In this document: piece after piece, positions 23,595-31,638 of the stretch
Layout of the letters: each line of letters opens with the position of its first letter
Position numbering within the stretch: the first letter of the stretch is position 1
NCBI GenBank assembly: GCA_018062065.1
Contig: JAGOSX010000003.1
Span: forward strand, 1 to 43,921
Length of the DNA stretch: 43,921 bases
Direction: 5' to 3'
Origin: Minisyncoccota bacterium
GTDB lineage: Bacteria > Patescibacteriota > Minisyncoccia > Phycocordibacterales > UBA9973
The notes under the pieces: generated by a model
What the model was told of the DNA's origin: nothing
Databases searched by the model: none
The model's input: only the letters and a program-made list of their open reading frames with translations
Made by a program: the position numbers and the translations under genes

Positions 23595-24629
23595 ATGTCA
23601 TCAACAATATCGTTTAAACCAAAACAAGTTACCAAAAGAATAATCGCTCATTTGCCGGAACGCGCAAGTGATGTTTTGATTAGTCGTTTTGGTCTTGATG
23701 CTAATGATTTAGAAAGAAAAACTCTTGAAGAAATTGGTAAAAAATATAACATTACCCGCGAAAGAGTTCGTCAAATCAAAGAAAACGGTATTAATCTAAT
23801 TAAAAAATCTTCAGCTTTTAAAGCTGAGCAAGGACTTTTTGAAGAATTGCGTGATTTAGTGCATGAATTAGGTGCAGTTGTTGCTGAACATGATTTGCTA
23901 AATCATATATCTAAAGATAAAGCTACTCAAAATCACATTCATTTTTATTTAGTACTTAGTGATCATTTTACTAAGCATAAAGAAGACGATCATTTTAAAG
24001 CTCGTTGGAGTGTTGATAGTGAAATGGCAGAAAAGGTTCATGAATCTTTGAAAAAATTATATTCTTCTTTGAAAGATGAAGATTTAGTTCCTGAAACTGA
24101 AATGATTAAGAAATTCTTTGATAATATGAAAGATGTTGCTGATAAGTATAAAAACGATGAAGTAGCAAAGCGTTGGCTTTCTGTTTCTAAGACAATTTCT
24201 AAAAATCCTCTTGGAGATTGGGGTAGATCTCACTCTCAAAACGTTCACACTCGTGGAGTTAAAGATTATGCATATCTCGTAATGCGTCGCCACGGTTCAC
24301 CTATGCACTTCAAAGAAGTTACAGATTCAATCTCGAAAACTTTTGGACGTAAATCTCATTATGCTACAACTCATAATGAATTAATCAAAGATCCTCGTTT
24401 CGTTTTAGTTGGTCGTGGACTTTATGCACTTTCAGAATGGGGATATAAGACTGGAATTGCTCGTGATGTGATTCGTGATATACTCAAAAAAGAAGGTCCT
24501 ATGACTAAAGAAGAAGTAGTAGAGAAAGTTATGAAAGAAAGATACTTTAAGAAAAATACTATTTTAGTTAATTTAGCTAACAGTAAACATTTTAAGAAAA
24601 ACAAAGAAGGTTTATATACAGCTTTATAA
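23595..24629 (+). CDS. DNA-binding protein with an N-terminal sigma-70 region-4-like HTH and a C-terminal HARE-HTH (RpoE-delta-like) domain
   Basis: LPERASDVLISRFGL...KTLEEIGKKYNITRERVRQIKENGINLIKK matches the region 4.2 pattern. KDYAYLVMRRHGSPMHFKEVTDSI......FVLVGRGLYALSEWGY matches the HARE-HTH pattern. No region 2 (-10 recognition) is recognisable. Confidence 0.6.
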   Translation: MSSTISFKPKQVTKRIIAHLPERASDVLISRFGLDANDLERKTLEEIGKKYNITRERVRQIKENGINLIKKSSAFKAEQGLFEELRDLVHELGAVVAEHDLLNHISKDKATQNHIHFYLVLSDHFTKHKEDDHFKARWSVDSEMAEKVHESLKKLYSSLKDEDLVPETEMIKKFFDNMKDVADKYKNDEVAKRWLSVSKTISKNPLGDWGRSHSQNVHTRGVKDYAYLVMRRHGSPMHFKEVTDSISKTFGRKSHYATTHNELIKDPRFVLVGRGLYALSEWGYKTGIARDVIRDILKKEGPMTKEEVVEKVMKERYFKKNTILVNLANSKHFKKNKEGLYTAL

Positions 24630-24633
24630 AAAT

Positions 24634-24680
24634 AAAGTAAAAGCCTCGTCGCTTGAAAGCGACGAGGCTTTTACTTTATT
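24634..24680 (+). terminator. Strong intrinsic terminator
   Basis: A 19-bp perfect stem pairs aaagtaaaagcctcgtcgc (24634-24652) with gcgacgaggcttttacttt (24659-24677) around the loop ttgaaa. A T-rich tail follows. Confidence 0.85.
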
Positions 24681-24704
24681 TGTTTTTTATAATAAAATAT
24701 TAGT

Positions 24705-26057
24705 ATGGATCAAATTGATGAAGTCTTAAATGAAATGCCAAAAAGTTTTTGGATGTTTTTAGGCATCATCATTGTTGGCTCAGCTGTAGTGAGTCTTTTG
24801 GGTTGGGAAGTTTTATTCCTGTCTATTATGGCTTTGTTCTTAGGAGTTTTTGGTTGGGAACTTTGGCTTCATTATATACGACAAGATTTTATTTCTGGTA
24901 TTGATTGGGTTTTACTTGAAATTATTCCTCCTCGTGATGTAGCTCGTTCTCCAAAAGCTATGGAGCTTTTCTTTACGAATGCTCTTTATCATTGGAGTAT
25001 GAAAGGAGGACGTGAAGCAATATGGCAAGGTGCCGTTTGGTTTTGGTTTTCTTTAGAAATTGTTTCTCTTGAAGGACAAGTGCATTTTTATATTCGAACT
25101 CCTACTCGTATTCGTGGGCTTATTGAGACTCAAATTTATGCTCAATATCCTCAAGCTTACGTCAAAGAAGTAGAAGATTACACTGCGGCTGTAGATGAAA
25201 TTTCAGAAAAGAGTGAATGGAATATGTGGGGTTGCGAATGGAAATTAGCTAAACCAGAATCTTACCCTATTAAAACTTATGTAGATTTTGGACTTGATAA
25301 AGATCCTGATGAAGAACTTAAAGTTGATCCACTTTCTCCCGTGATTGAACTTTTTGCATCTATGCAAAAAGATGAGCAAATGTGGCTTCAAATTGTTGTG
25401 CGCCCTACTAAAAAGAAATTCCATACTCATGGTACTTGGGGAGGACATCATGATTGGGTTAAAGAATCCGAGTTAGAATTGGAACGAGTTTCTTCTCCTT
25501 ATACTAAAGTTGAAGTTTTGCCAAATGGATCAATCTTAAAATCTGGACGTACACCGGATTCTATGAAACCTTTAATAGATGGACTCACTAAAAAACCTCA
25601 AAAGATTGGTTTTGATGTTGGTATTAGGTCTTGCTATGTTGCGAAGAAGCATGCATACGATATGAATCATCGTCGTGATATTCGTTTGATTTTTAGACAA
25701 TATGCAAATCCTTTATTGAATAGCTTTGAAAGATATAATGGTACTCAGGCTGATGCTTATGGAGGTTTAGTAACCGTACTTAATCAAAAACAAGTTTTTA
25801 AACTTGCAAATCGTATGCTTCACGAATATAAAGAGCGTAATTTCTTCAACCATCCGATGCGTAATCAATGGTTGCATCATATTCCTTGGCCAATTTCCCC
25901 AACTATTTTTATGGCGTATTTCCATTCAGTAACCTACGTTTTAAATGTAGAAGAAATAGCTACTCTGTGGCACTTCCCAGGTCAAATTCTTAAAATTCCT
26001 ACTCTTGAAAGAGTTGAAAGTAAAGAAGCTTCTCCTCCTACAAATTTACCGACTTAA
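24705..26057 (+). CDS. Conserved-looking membrane protein of unknown function (two N-terminal TM helices plus a large soluble domain)
   Basis: 450 aa. Two TM helices, then WVLLEIIPPRDVARSPKAMELFFTNALYH...WFWFSLEIVSLEGQVHFYIRTP...IETQIYAQYPQAYVKEVEDY. Codon composition is like the housekeeping genes. I recognise no catalytic motif. Confidence 0.6.
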   Translation: MDQIDEVLNEMPKSFWMFLGIIIVGSAVVSLLGWEVLFLSIMALFLGVFGWELWLHYIRQDFISGIDWVLLEIIPPRDVARSPKAMELFFTNALYHWSMKGGREAIWQGAVWFWFSLEIVSLEGQVHFYIRTPTRIRGLIETQIYAQYPQAYVKEVEDYTAAVDEISEKSEWNMWGCEWKLAKPESYPIKTYVDFGLDKDPDEELKVDPLSPVIELFASMQKDEQMWLQIVVRPTKKKFHTHGTWGGHHDWVKESELELERVSSPYTKVEVLPNGSILKSGRTPDSMKPLIDGLTKKPQKIGFDVGIRSCYVAKKHAYDMNHRRDIRLIFRQYANPLLNSFERYNGTQADAYGGLVTVLNQKQVFKLANRMLHEYKERNFFNHPMRNQWLHHIPWPISPTIFMAYFHSVTYVLNVEEIATLWHFPGQILKIPTLERVESKEASPPTNLPT

Positions 26058-26060
26058 TTT

Positions 26061-26996
26061 ATGGAAACAGATAAAGATTTAAATTTTCAAGAAAATATAG
26101 AACTTAAAATAGAGAAAAAACCTTTTAATTTTTTTAAGATTTTTTCTCTATTTTTTTTATTTTTGATTTTGTTTATTAGTACGTTTTTTTATAGTTTAAA
26201 TCAAGCCCCTAAGGATTTCCCTCAAGGAGAAATATTTGCAATAGAGAGGGGTAGTAGTTTGCGCACTATATCTAAAAATTTAAAAGAGCAAAATTATATT
26301 AAATCAAGGGTTTTATTTGAATCTTTCGTGATTTTATTTGGCGGAGAAAAAAGTCTTAATACCGGAGATTATCTTTTTAAACAAAAATATTCTACTTTAG
26401 TAATTGCCGATCGAATTTCAAAAGGAGAAAAAGATTTAAGCCCAATTAAAATTACTATACCTGAAGGTTTTACGAAAACTGAAATAATTACTTTGCTCGA
26501 CAAAAAACTGCATAACTTTGATGCAAATAAATTTGATCAAGAAAATAAAGAAGGTTATTTATTCCCGGATACTTATTTTTTCTTATCTTCTGATGATGAA
26601 AATGTTGTAAAAGAAACTATTGAAAATAATTTTAATAAAAAAACCAGTAAAGTTTTCGCGAATTTACCTTTAGCAAAACAAAAAGAAATTTTAATCATGG
26701 CTTCTATCCTTGAAGGTGAAGCTAAGGGTGATCTTGATAGAGATATTATTTCTGGAATTTTATGGAAAAGGCTTTCTATAAATATGCCACTTCAAGTAGA
26801 TATTGCTCCTATTACTTATGAGAAGCGCGGACTACCAGAAAATCCGATTTCAAATCCTGGACTCGCTACGATTTTATCATCACTTAATCCTGAAAGTTCA
26901 CCTTATTTGTATTATATTCATGATAAAGAAGGAAATACTCATTTTGCAAAAACTTTTAAAGAACATCGTCAAAATATAGAAAAATATTTAAAATAG
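26061..26996 (+). CDS. mltG: Endolytic murein transglycosylase MltG (YceG-like)
   Basis: N-terminal TM anchor, then IERGSSLRTISKNL, TIPEGFTKTEI, EGYLFPDTYFF, LIMASILEGEAKG, LQVDIAP and NPG....I.A.L.P. This is the canonical YceG layout including the catalytic Glu. Confidence 0.85.
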   Translation: METDKDLNFQENIELKIEKKPFNFFKIFSLFFLFLILFISTFFYSLNQAPKDFPQGEIFAIERGSSLRTISKNLKEQNYIKSRVLFESFVILFGGEKSLNTGDYLFKQKYSTLVIADRISKGEKDLSPIKITIPEGFTKTEIITLLDKKLHNFDANKFDQENKEGYLFPDTYFFLSSDDENVVKETIENNFNKKTSKVFANLPLAKQKEILIMASILEGEAKGDLDRDIISGILWKRLSINMPLQVDIAPITYEKRGLPENPISNPGLATILSSLNPESSPYLYYIHDKEGNTHFAKTFKEHRQNIEKYLK

Positions 26997-27013
26997 TGTA
27001 TAAATAGTATATT

Positions 27014-28072
27014 GTGTCTAAAAAGCTTAATTTAAATAAAAAGACTGTATTTGTAGGTATGTCTGGGGGAGTTGATAGTTCGCTTTCGGCTTTGTTATTA
27101 AAAGAACAGGGCTATAACGTTGTCGGAGTTTTTATTAAAACTTGGCATCCAGATTTTATTACCTGCAACGAAGAAGAAGAGAGGTTAGATGCTATGCGTG
27201 TAGCAGCCTTTTTAGATATACCTTTTTTAACTTTAGATTTAGAAGATGTTTATAAAAAGGGAGTTGCGGATTATATGATTTCCGAATATAAATTAGGACG
27301 AACTCCTAATCCAGATGTGATGTGTAATCGTGAAGTAAAGTTCGGCGCATTTTTAAATTTTGCTTTAAGTAAAGGTGCGGATTTTGTTGCGACGGGGCAT
27401 TATGCACGTAACTTAGGTGGAAGTTTATATAAAGGAACAGACCCGAGCAAAGATCAAAGTTATTTTCTTTGGACTTTAACTAAAAAGCAATTACAAAATA
27501 TTTTATTTCCTATTGGTCATTTAGAAAAAAGTAAAGTTAGAACTTTAGCTAAAAAACATCAATTACCAGTTTCGACTAAAAAAGACAGTCAAGGAATTTG
27601 TTTTCTTGGAGATATTGATATTAAAGATTTCTTGAAGCATTATATTAAAGAGCAAAAGGGTAAAGTTGTAAATGAAGCTGGTGAAGAGATAGGGTCTCAC
27701 GAAGGAGTTCTTTTTTACACTTTAGGAGAAAGGCATGGTTTTGTGATAAATAAAAAAACTAATAATGATAGTAGGTATTATATTATTAAAAAAGATATAC
27801 CGAATAATGTTTTAGTTGTTTCTAATAATAAATATGTAAATCCTAATAAAGAAATAATTATTAATGAAATAAATCAAATAGAAAATTTTGAAGAAAATAA
27901 AGTTTACGAGATGCAAGTTAGGTATCATGGCGAATTAATTCAAGCAAAATTATCTAGAGAGAATATCAATGAAATAAAGATTTTACCAGAAAAAGAAGTT
28001 TTAGTTGCAAGTGGTCAATCGATTGTTGTTTATTTGCGAGATAAAGTTATTCTTGCTGGGGTTGTAAAATAG
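27014..28072 (+). CDS. mnmA: tRNA 2-thiouridine(34) synthase MnmA (GTG start)
   Basis: PP-loop VGMSGGVDSS, NPDVMCNREVKFG, ATGHYAR, KDQSYFL and DSQGICFLG. Confidence 0.92.
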   Translation: MSKKLNLNKKTVFVGMSGGVDSSLSALLLKEQGYNVVGVFIKTWHPDFITCNEEEERLDAMRVAAFLDIPFLTLDLEDVYKKGVADYMISEYKLGRTPNPDVMCNREVKFGAFLNFALSKGADFVATGHYARNLGGSLYKGTDPSKDQSYFLWTLTKKQLQNILFPIGHLEKSKVRTLAKKHQLPVSTKKDSQGICFLGDIDIKDFLKHYIKEQKGKVVNEAGEEIGSHEGVLFYTLGERHGFVINKKTNNDSRYYIIKKDIPNNVLVVSNNKYVNPNKEIIINEINQIENFEENKVYEMQVRYHGELIQAKLSRENINEIKILPEKEVLVASGQSIVVYLRDKVILAGVVK

Positions 28073-28095
28073 CTTTATTTTTATTATTTTTAGGC

Positions 28096-28101
28096 TAGAA
28101 T
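28096..28101 (+). promoter_or_regulatory. -10 element (TAGAAT) 6 nt upstream of ATG 28108
   Basis: It has the same geometry as the extended -10 promoters elsewhere in the window, but lacks the TG motif and sits in AT-rich DNA. Confidence 0.4.
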
Positions 28102-28107
28102 ATATAT

Positions 28108-28581
28108 ATGGATGAATTTTTTATAAACAATAGTGAAATGTTACTCAAATTATTATTAGCAGTATTTTTAGGAGGTATTATTGGGCTTGAAAGGTTTGTG
28201 GTGCATAAAGAAGCGGGTATGAAAACTCACGCATTGGTTGCGCTCGGTTCAGCTTTATTTGTACTTATTGGTGAAGAGTTGATGTTTACTTATGGAGATA
28301 TTGGAAGTTTTGATCCGACTCGTATTGCTTCTCAAATCGTAGTCGGTATTGGATTTTTAGGAGCTGGTTCTATTATGCTTCAAGGTTCTCATATTAGGGG
28401 ATTAACTACTGCGTCGGGATTATGGATAACTGCAGGAATAGGTATGGCAGCCGGATTTGGATTTTCAGCAATGGCTATTTCAGCTACCGTTTTAGTTTTG
28501 ATGGTTTATATATTAATGAATATATTTGAAAAGCCTTTAAGAAATATTGTGAAAGATGATAATTTAGAAAATAAGAATTAA
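28108..28581 (+). CDS. MgtC/SapB family membrane protein
   Basis: LLLAVFLGGIIGLERFVVHKEAGMKTHALVALGSALF...ASQIVVGIGFLGAGSI...GLTTASGLWITAGIGMAAG is the MgtC N-terminal domain signature. Confidence 0.85.
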   Translation: MDEFFINNSEMLLKLLLAVFLGGIIGLERFVVHKEAGMKTHALVALGSALFVLIGEELMFTYGDIGSFDPTRIASQIVVGIGFLGAGSIMLQGSHIRGLTTASGLWITAGIGMAAGFGFSAMAISATVLVLMVYILMNIFEKPLRNIVKDDNLENKN

Positions 28582-28583
28582 GA

Positions 28584-30416
28584 ATGAAATCACAAGAAAT
28601 ACGCAATAGATTTTTAAAATTTTTCGAACAAAGAGGGCATGCTATTATCCCTTCGGCTTCACTCGTACCTGAAAACGATCCTTCGGTATTATTTAATACT
28701 GCTGGTATGCAACCTCTCGTACCTTATCTCTTAGGTCAAACGCACCCTATGGGTCGTCGCATTGCTGACGTACAGAAATGCGTTCGGACTGGAGATTTAG
28801 AAGACATAGGAGACAATCGTCATTTTTCTTTTTTTGAAATGCTTGGGAATTGGTCTTTAGGCGATTACTTTAAAGAAGAAGCAATTGCTTGGAGTTATGA
28901 ATTTTTAACCTCTAAAGAAGAAGGCTTAGGTCTTGATCCTAAAAGACTTTATATAACTGTTTTTGAAGGTGACGAAAATGCACCTTATGATGATGAATCA
29001 AAACAAATCTGGATGAAAGTCGGTATTCCAGAGAATCGTATTTATTCACTTCCAGCGGAAGATAATTTTTGGTCTCCGGGAGATAACGGACCTTGTGGAC
29101 CTTGTTCTGAGATGTTTTATGATATGGATGGGATTTTTATTGGACAAGAAATCAGCAAAGAAAAGTTTATTGAAGAAACTAAAAAAGAAACTATCATAGA
29201 AATCTGGAATGACGTTTTTATGGAGTACGAAAAGAAAGACGGTAAAGTTATCGGTAAACTTGCACAGAAAAACGTAGATACTGGCGCGGGACTTGAGCGT
29301 ATGACTGCGGTTATGCAAGGCGTCCGTACTGCTTATGAAACTGATATATTTAAAGAAGTTTGGAATACAATTAATAAATTAAGCACAAATCAAGATTTAC
29401 GTGCAAAACGAATTGTTCTCGACCATATTCGTACATCTGTATTTATTATTGATGCTGGTGTAGTACCTTCTAATTCAAAACAAGGTTATATTTTAAGACG
29501 TTTATTAAGACGAGCAATAATGCAAAGTAGATATTTAGGTACAGGTGAAAGCATTTTTTCAGAGCTAGTTAATTTATATGTAGATATGTATAAATCTATT
29601 TACCCAAGTTTAAATGATAATTTAGAAATAATAAAAGAGGTAATTAATAAAGAAAGTGAACAATTTGGTAAAACTCTTTCAAACGCAATAAAAAAATTAT
29701 GGTCTGAATATTTCTATAATAATTTAAAAACTGATGATGAAAAAATTAATCCTGATGTGCTTTTTTACTTTTTTACAACAGAAGGTTTTCCTCCAGATTT
29801 AACATTAGATCAGTATAATAATTATAGAAAAGAAAAAGAACTTCCTGAATTGAGTAATCAAAAAATAAATGAAATAATGACTGGTTTTAATAAGAAAATG
29901 GCAACGCATCAAAAGTTATCAGCTACTGCGTCTGCGGGAATGTTTAAAGGTGGACTTGCGAATCATAATGAGAAAACTATTCGCCTCCATACCGCTCATC
30001 ATTTGCTTTTAGCAGGATTGCAACAAATCGTAGATAAGAATATCAAGCAAAGAGGTAGTAATATTACCGAAGAGCGTCTTCGTATAGATTTCCTTTGCGA
30101 TCATAAGCTTACCGATGAAGAGAAGAAAAAAGTAGAAGAATTCGTGAATGATAAAATCGACAGAAAATTAAACGTTATTCGTCGCGAGATGAATAGAGAA
30201 GAAGCTATGAATTTAGGAGCTGAGATGGAATTCGGCGCAAAATATCCTGAAGTAGTTAGCGTTTACTTTATCGAAGATGAAAACGGAAATGCAATTTCGA
30301 AAGAATTCTGTGGAGGTCCGCACGTAGCTAATACTTCCGAACTCGGAAAATTCAAAATTCAAAAAGAAGAAGCCGTCGCTTCTGGAATCCGTCGTATTAA
30401 AGCTGTTTTAGAGTAA
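28584..30416 (+). CDS. alaS: Alanine--tRNA ligase, compact form (610 aa)
   Basis: FNTAGMQP, KCVRTGD...NRHFSFFEMLGNWS, GPCGPCSE, IWNDVFMEY and DTGAGLERM form the catalytic core. The editing-site motifs HTAHHLL and CGGPHV follow. The protein ends right after the editing core. Confidence 0.92.
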   Translation: MKSQEIRNRFLKFFEQRGHAIIPSASLVPENDPSVLFNTAGMQPLVPYLLGQTHPMGRRIADVQKCVRTGDLEDIGDNRHFSFFEMLGNWSLGDYFKEEAIAWSYEFLTSKEEGLGLDPKRLYITVFEGDENAPYDDESKQIWMKVGIPENRIYSLPAEDNFWSPGDNGPCGPCSEMFYDMDGIFIGQEISKEKFIEETKKETIIEIWNDVFMEYEKKDGKVIGKLAQKNVDTGAGLERMTAVMQGVRTAYETDIFKEVWNTINKLSTNQDLRAKRIVLDHIRTSVFIIDAGVVPSNSKQGYILRRLLRRAIMQSRYLGTGESIFSELVNLYVDMYKSIYPSLNDNLEIIKEVINKESEQFGKTLSNAIKKLWSEYFYNNLKTDDEKINPDVLFYFFTTEGFPPDLTLDQYNNYRKEKELPELSNQKINEIMTGFNKKMATHQKLSATASAGMFKGGLANHNEKTIRLHTAHHLLLAGLQQIVDKNIKQRGSNITEERLRIDFLCDHKLTDEEKKKVEEFVNDKIDRKLNVIRREMNREEAMNLGAEMEFGAKYPEVVSVYFIEDENGNAISKEFCGGPHVANTSELGKFKIQKEEAVASGIRRIKAVLE

Positions 30417-30445
30417 AAATATTTTGAGAAAAAATTTAGAAAGGT

Positions 30446-30451
30446 TATAAT
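30446..30451 (+). promoter_or_regulatory. -10 element (TATAAT) 6 nt upstream of ATG 30458
   Basis: A consensus hexamer at leaderless spacing. Confidence 0.45.
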
Positions 30452-30457
30452 ATTACT

Positions 30458-31636
30458 ATGTGGCCTTTTTCTAAAACAGAAAATCAAAAAGAATTATCTT
30501 TAGTTTTTGATATTGGTTCTTCTTCTGTAGGAGGTTCTTTATTCTATATTGAAAGTTCAGGTAATCCGCATATAATTTATACAAATCGTGAACCGATATT
30601 AATAGATCAAAACCTTGATTTGCAAAGTTTCTTTAATCTGACTATATCTGCTTTAACAAAATTAGTAGAAAAAATTCACAAAGAAAATCCAGCAAAGGTA
30701 GATAGAGTTTTTTGTGTGCTTTCTTCTCCTTGGTTTCATTCTCAAACTCGTAATATCAAATACGAGAAAAATACTCCTTTTGTTTTTAATACGAAATTCG
30801 CTGATGAATTGATTAAGAAAGAAGTAGAAAACTTAATCAAGAGCTATGAAACTAATGATCCTAATACTAGTAAAGTTTTACCTATAGAGATGAAGACTAT
30901 GAGTGTTAAATTAAACGGCTATAACGTGAAAAATCCTGTTGGTAAAAAAACCAAAGATTTAGAAATGCCTATTTTCGTTTCTTTGAGTGAAGAAATTTTT
31001 ATCAAAGAAGTTGAACGAGTTATAAACGCGTCTTTTCATTTCAAGAGTATTAAATTTTCTTCTTTTTTGATGTCTTCTTTTGCGGTAGCGAGAGATATGT
31101 TCATCAATCAAGATAAATTCCTGCTTATCAATATTGGTGGAGAAATAACTGATATTTCTATGATTAAGAAAGATATTTTGAAAGACAATGCTTCTTTCCC
31201 TATGGGAGTGAATTTCCTTATTCGTGGTTTAGTAAAAGATTTAAAGGTGGATAGCAAAGAAGCTAGATCACTGCTTCATTTATATAAAGACGATCACGCT
31301 ACTTTAAATACTAATCAAAAATTAAGTCAGGTGATTGAACCGTTAAAGAAAACTTGGCTCAAGAATTTTCAAGAAACTTTAAATAATCTTTCTCACGATA
31401 TTTCAATACCCTCAACTGTTTTTATAACCGTAGATCAGAACTTGGCAGAATTTTTCTCTCAAATAATCAAAAACGAAGAACTCAATCAGTACTCTTTGAC
31501 TGAAGATAAATTCCGTATTGTTTTTCTTGGAACTGAAGCTTTGCACGGCATAGCGATATTTGATGAAAAGAAAGAAATAGAACGAGACCCGCTTTTAATT
31601 ATCGAAGCGATTTATATTAATAGATTTTTGAAATAA
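30458..31636 (+). CDS. Actin-like (ASKHA-fold) ATPase, FtsA/PilM-like, divergent
   Basis: LSLVFDIGSSSVGGSLF matches the phosphate-1 pattern D.G....G. LLINIGGEITDISMI matches phosphate-2. At 392 aa the size fits FtsA/PilM. Confidence 0.45.
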   Translation: MWPFSKTENQKELSLVFDIGSSSVGGSLFYIESSGNPHIIYTNREPILIDQNLDLQSFFNLTISALTKLVEKIHKENPAKVDRVFCVLSSPWFHSQTRNIKYEKNTPFVFNTKFADELIKKEVENLIKSYETNDPNTSKVLPIEMKTMSVKLNGYNVKNPVGKKTKDLEMPIFVSLSEEIFIKEVERVINASFHFKSIKFSSFLMSSFAVARDMFINQDKFLLINIGGEITDISMIKKDILKDNASFPMGVNFLIRGLVKDLKVDSKEARSLLHLYKDDHATLNTNQKLSQVIEPLKKTWLKNFQETLNNLSHDISIPSTVFITVDQNLAEFFSQIIKNEELNQYSLTEDKFRIVFLGTEALHGIAIFDEKKEIERDPLLIIEAIYINRFLK

Positions 31637-31638
31637 TT

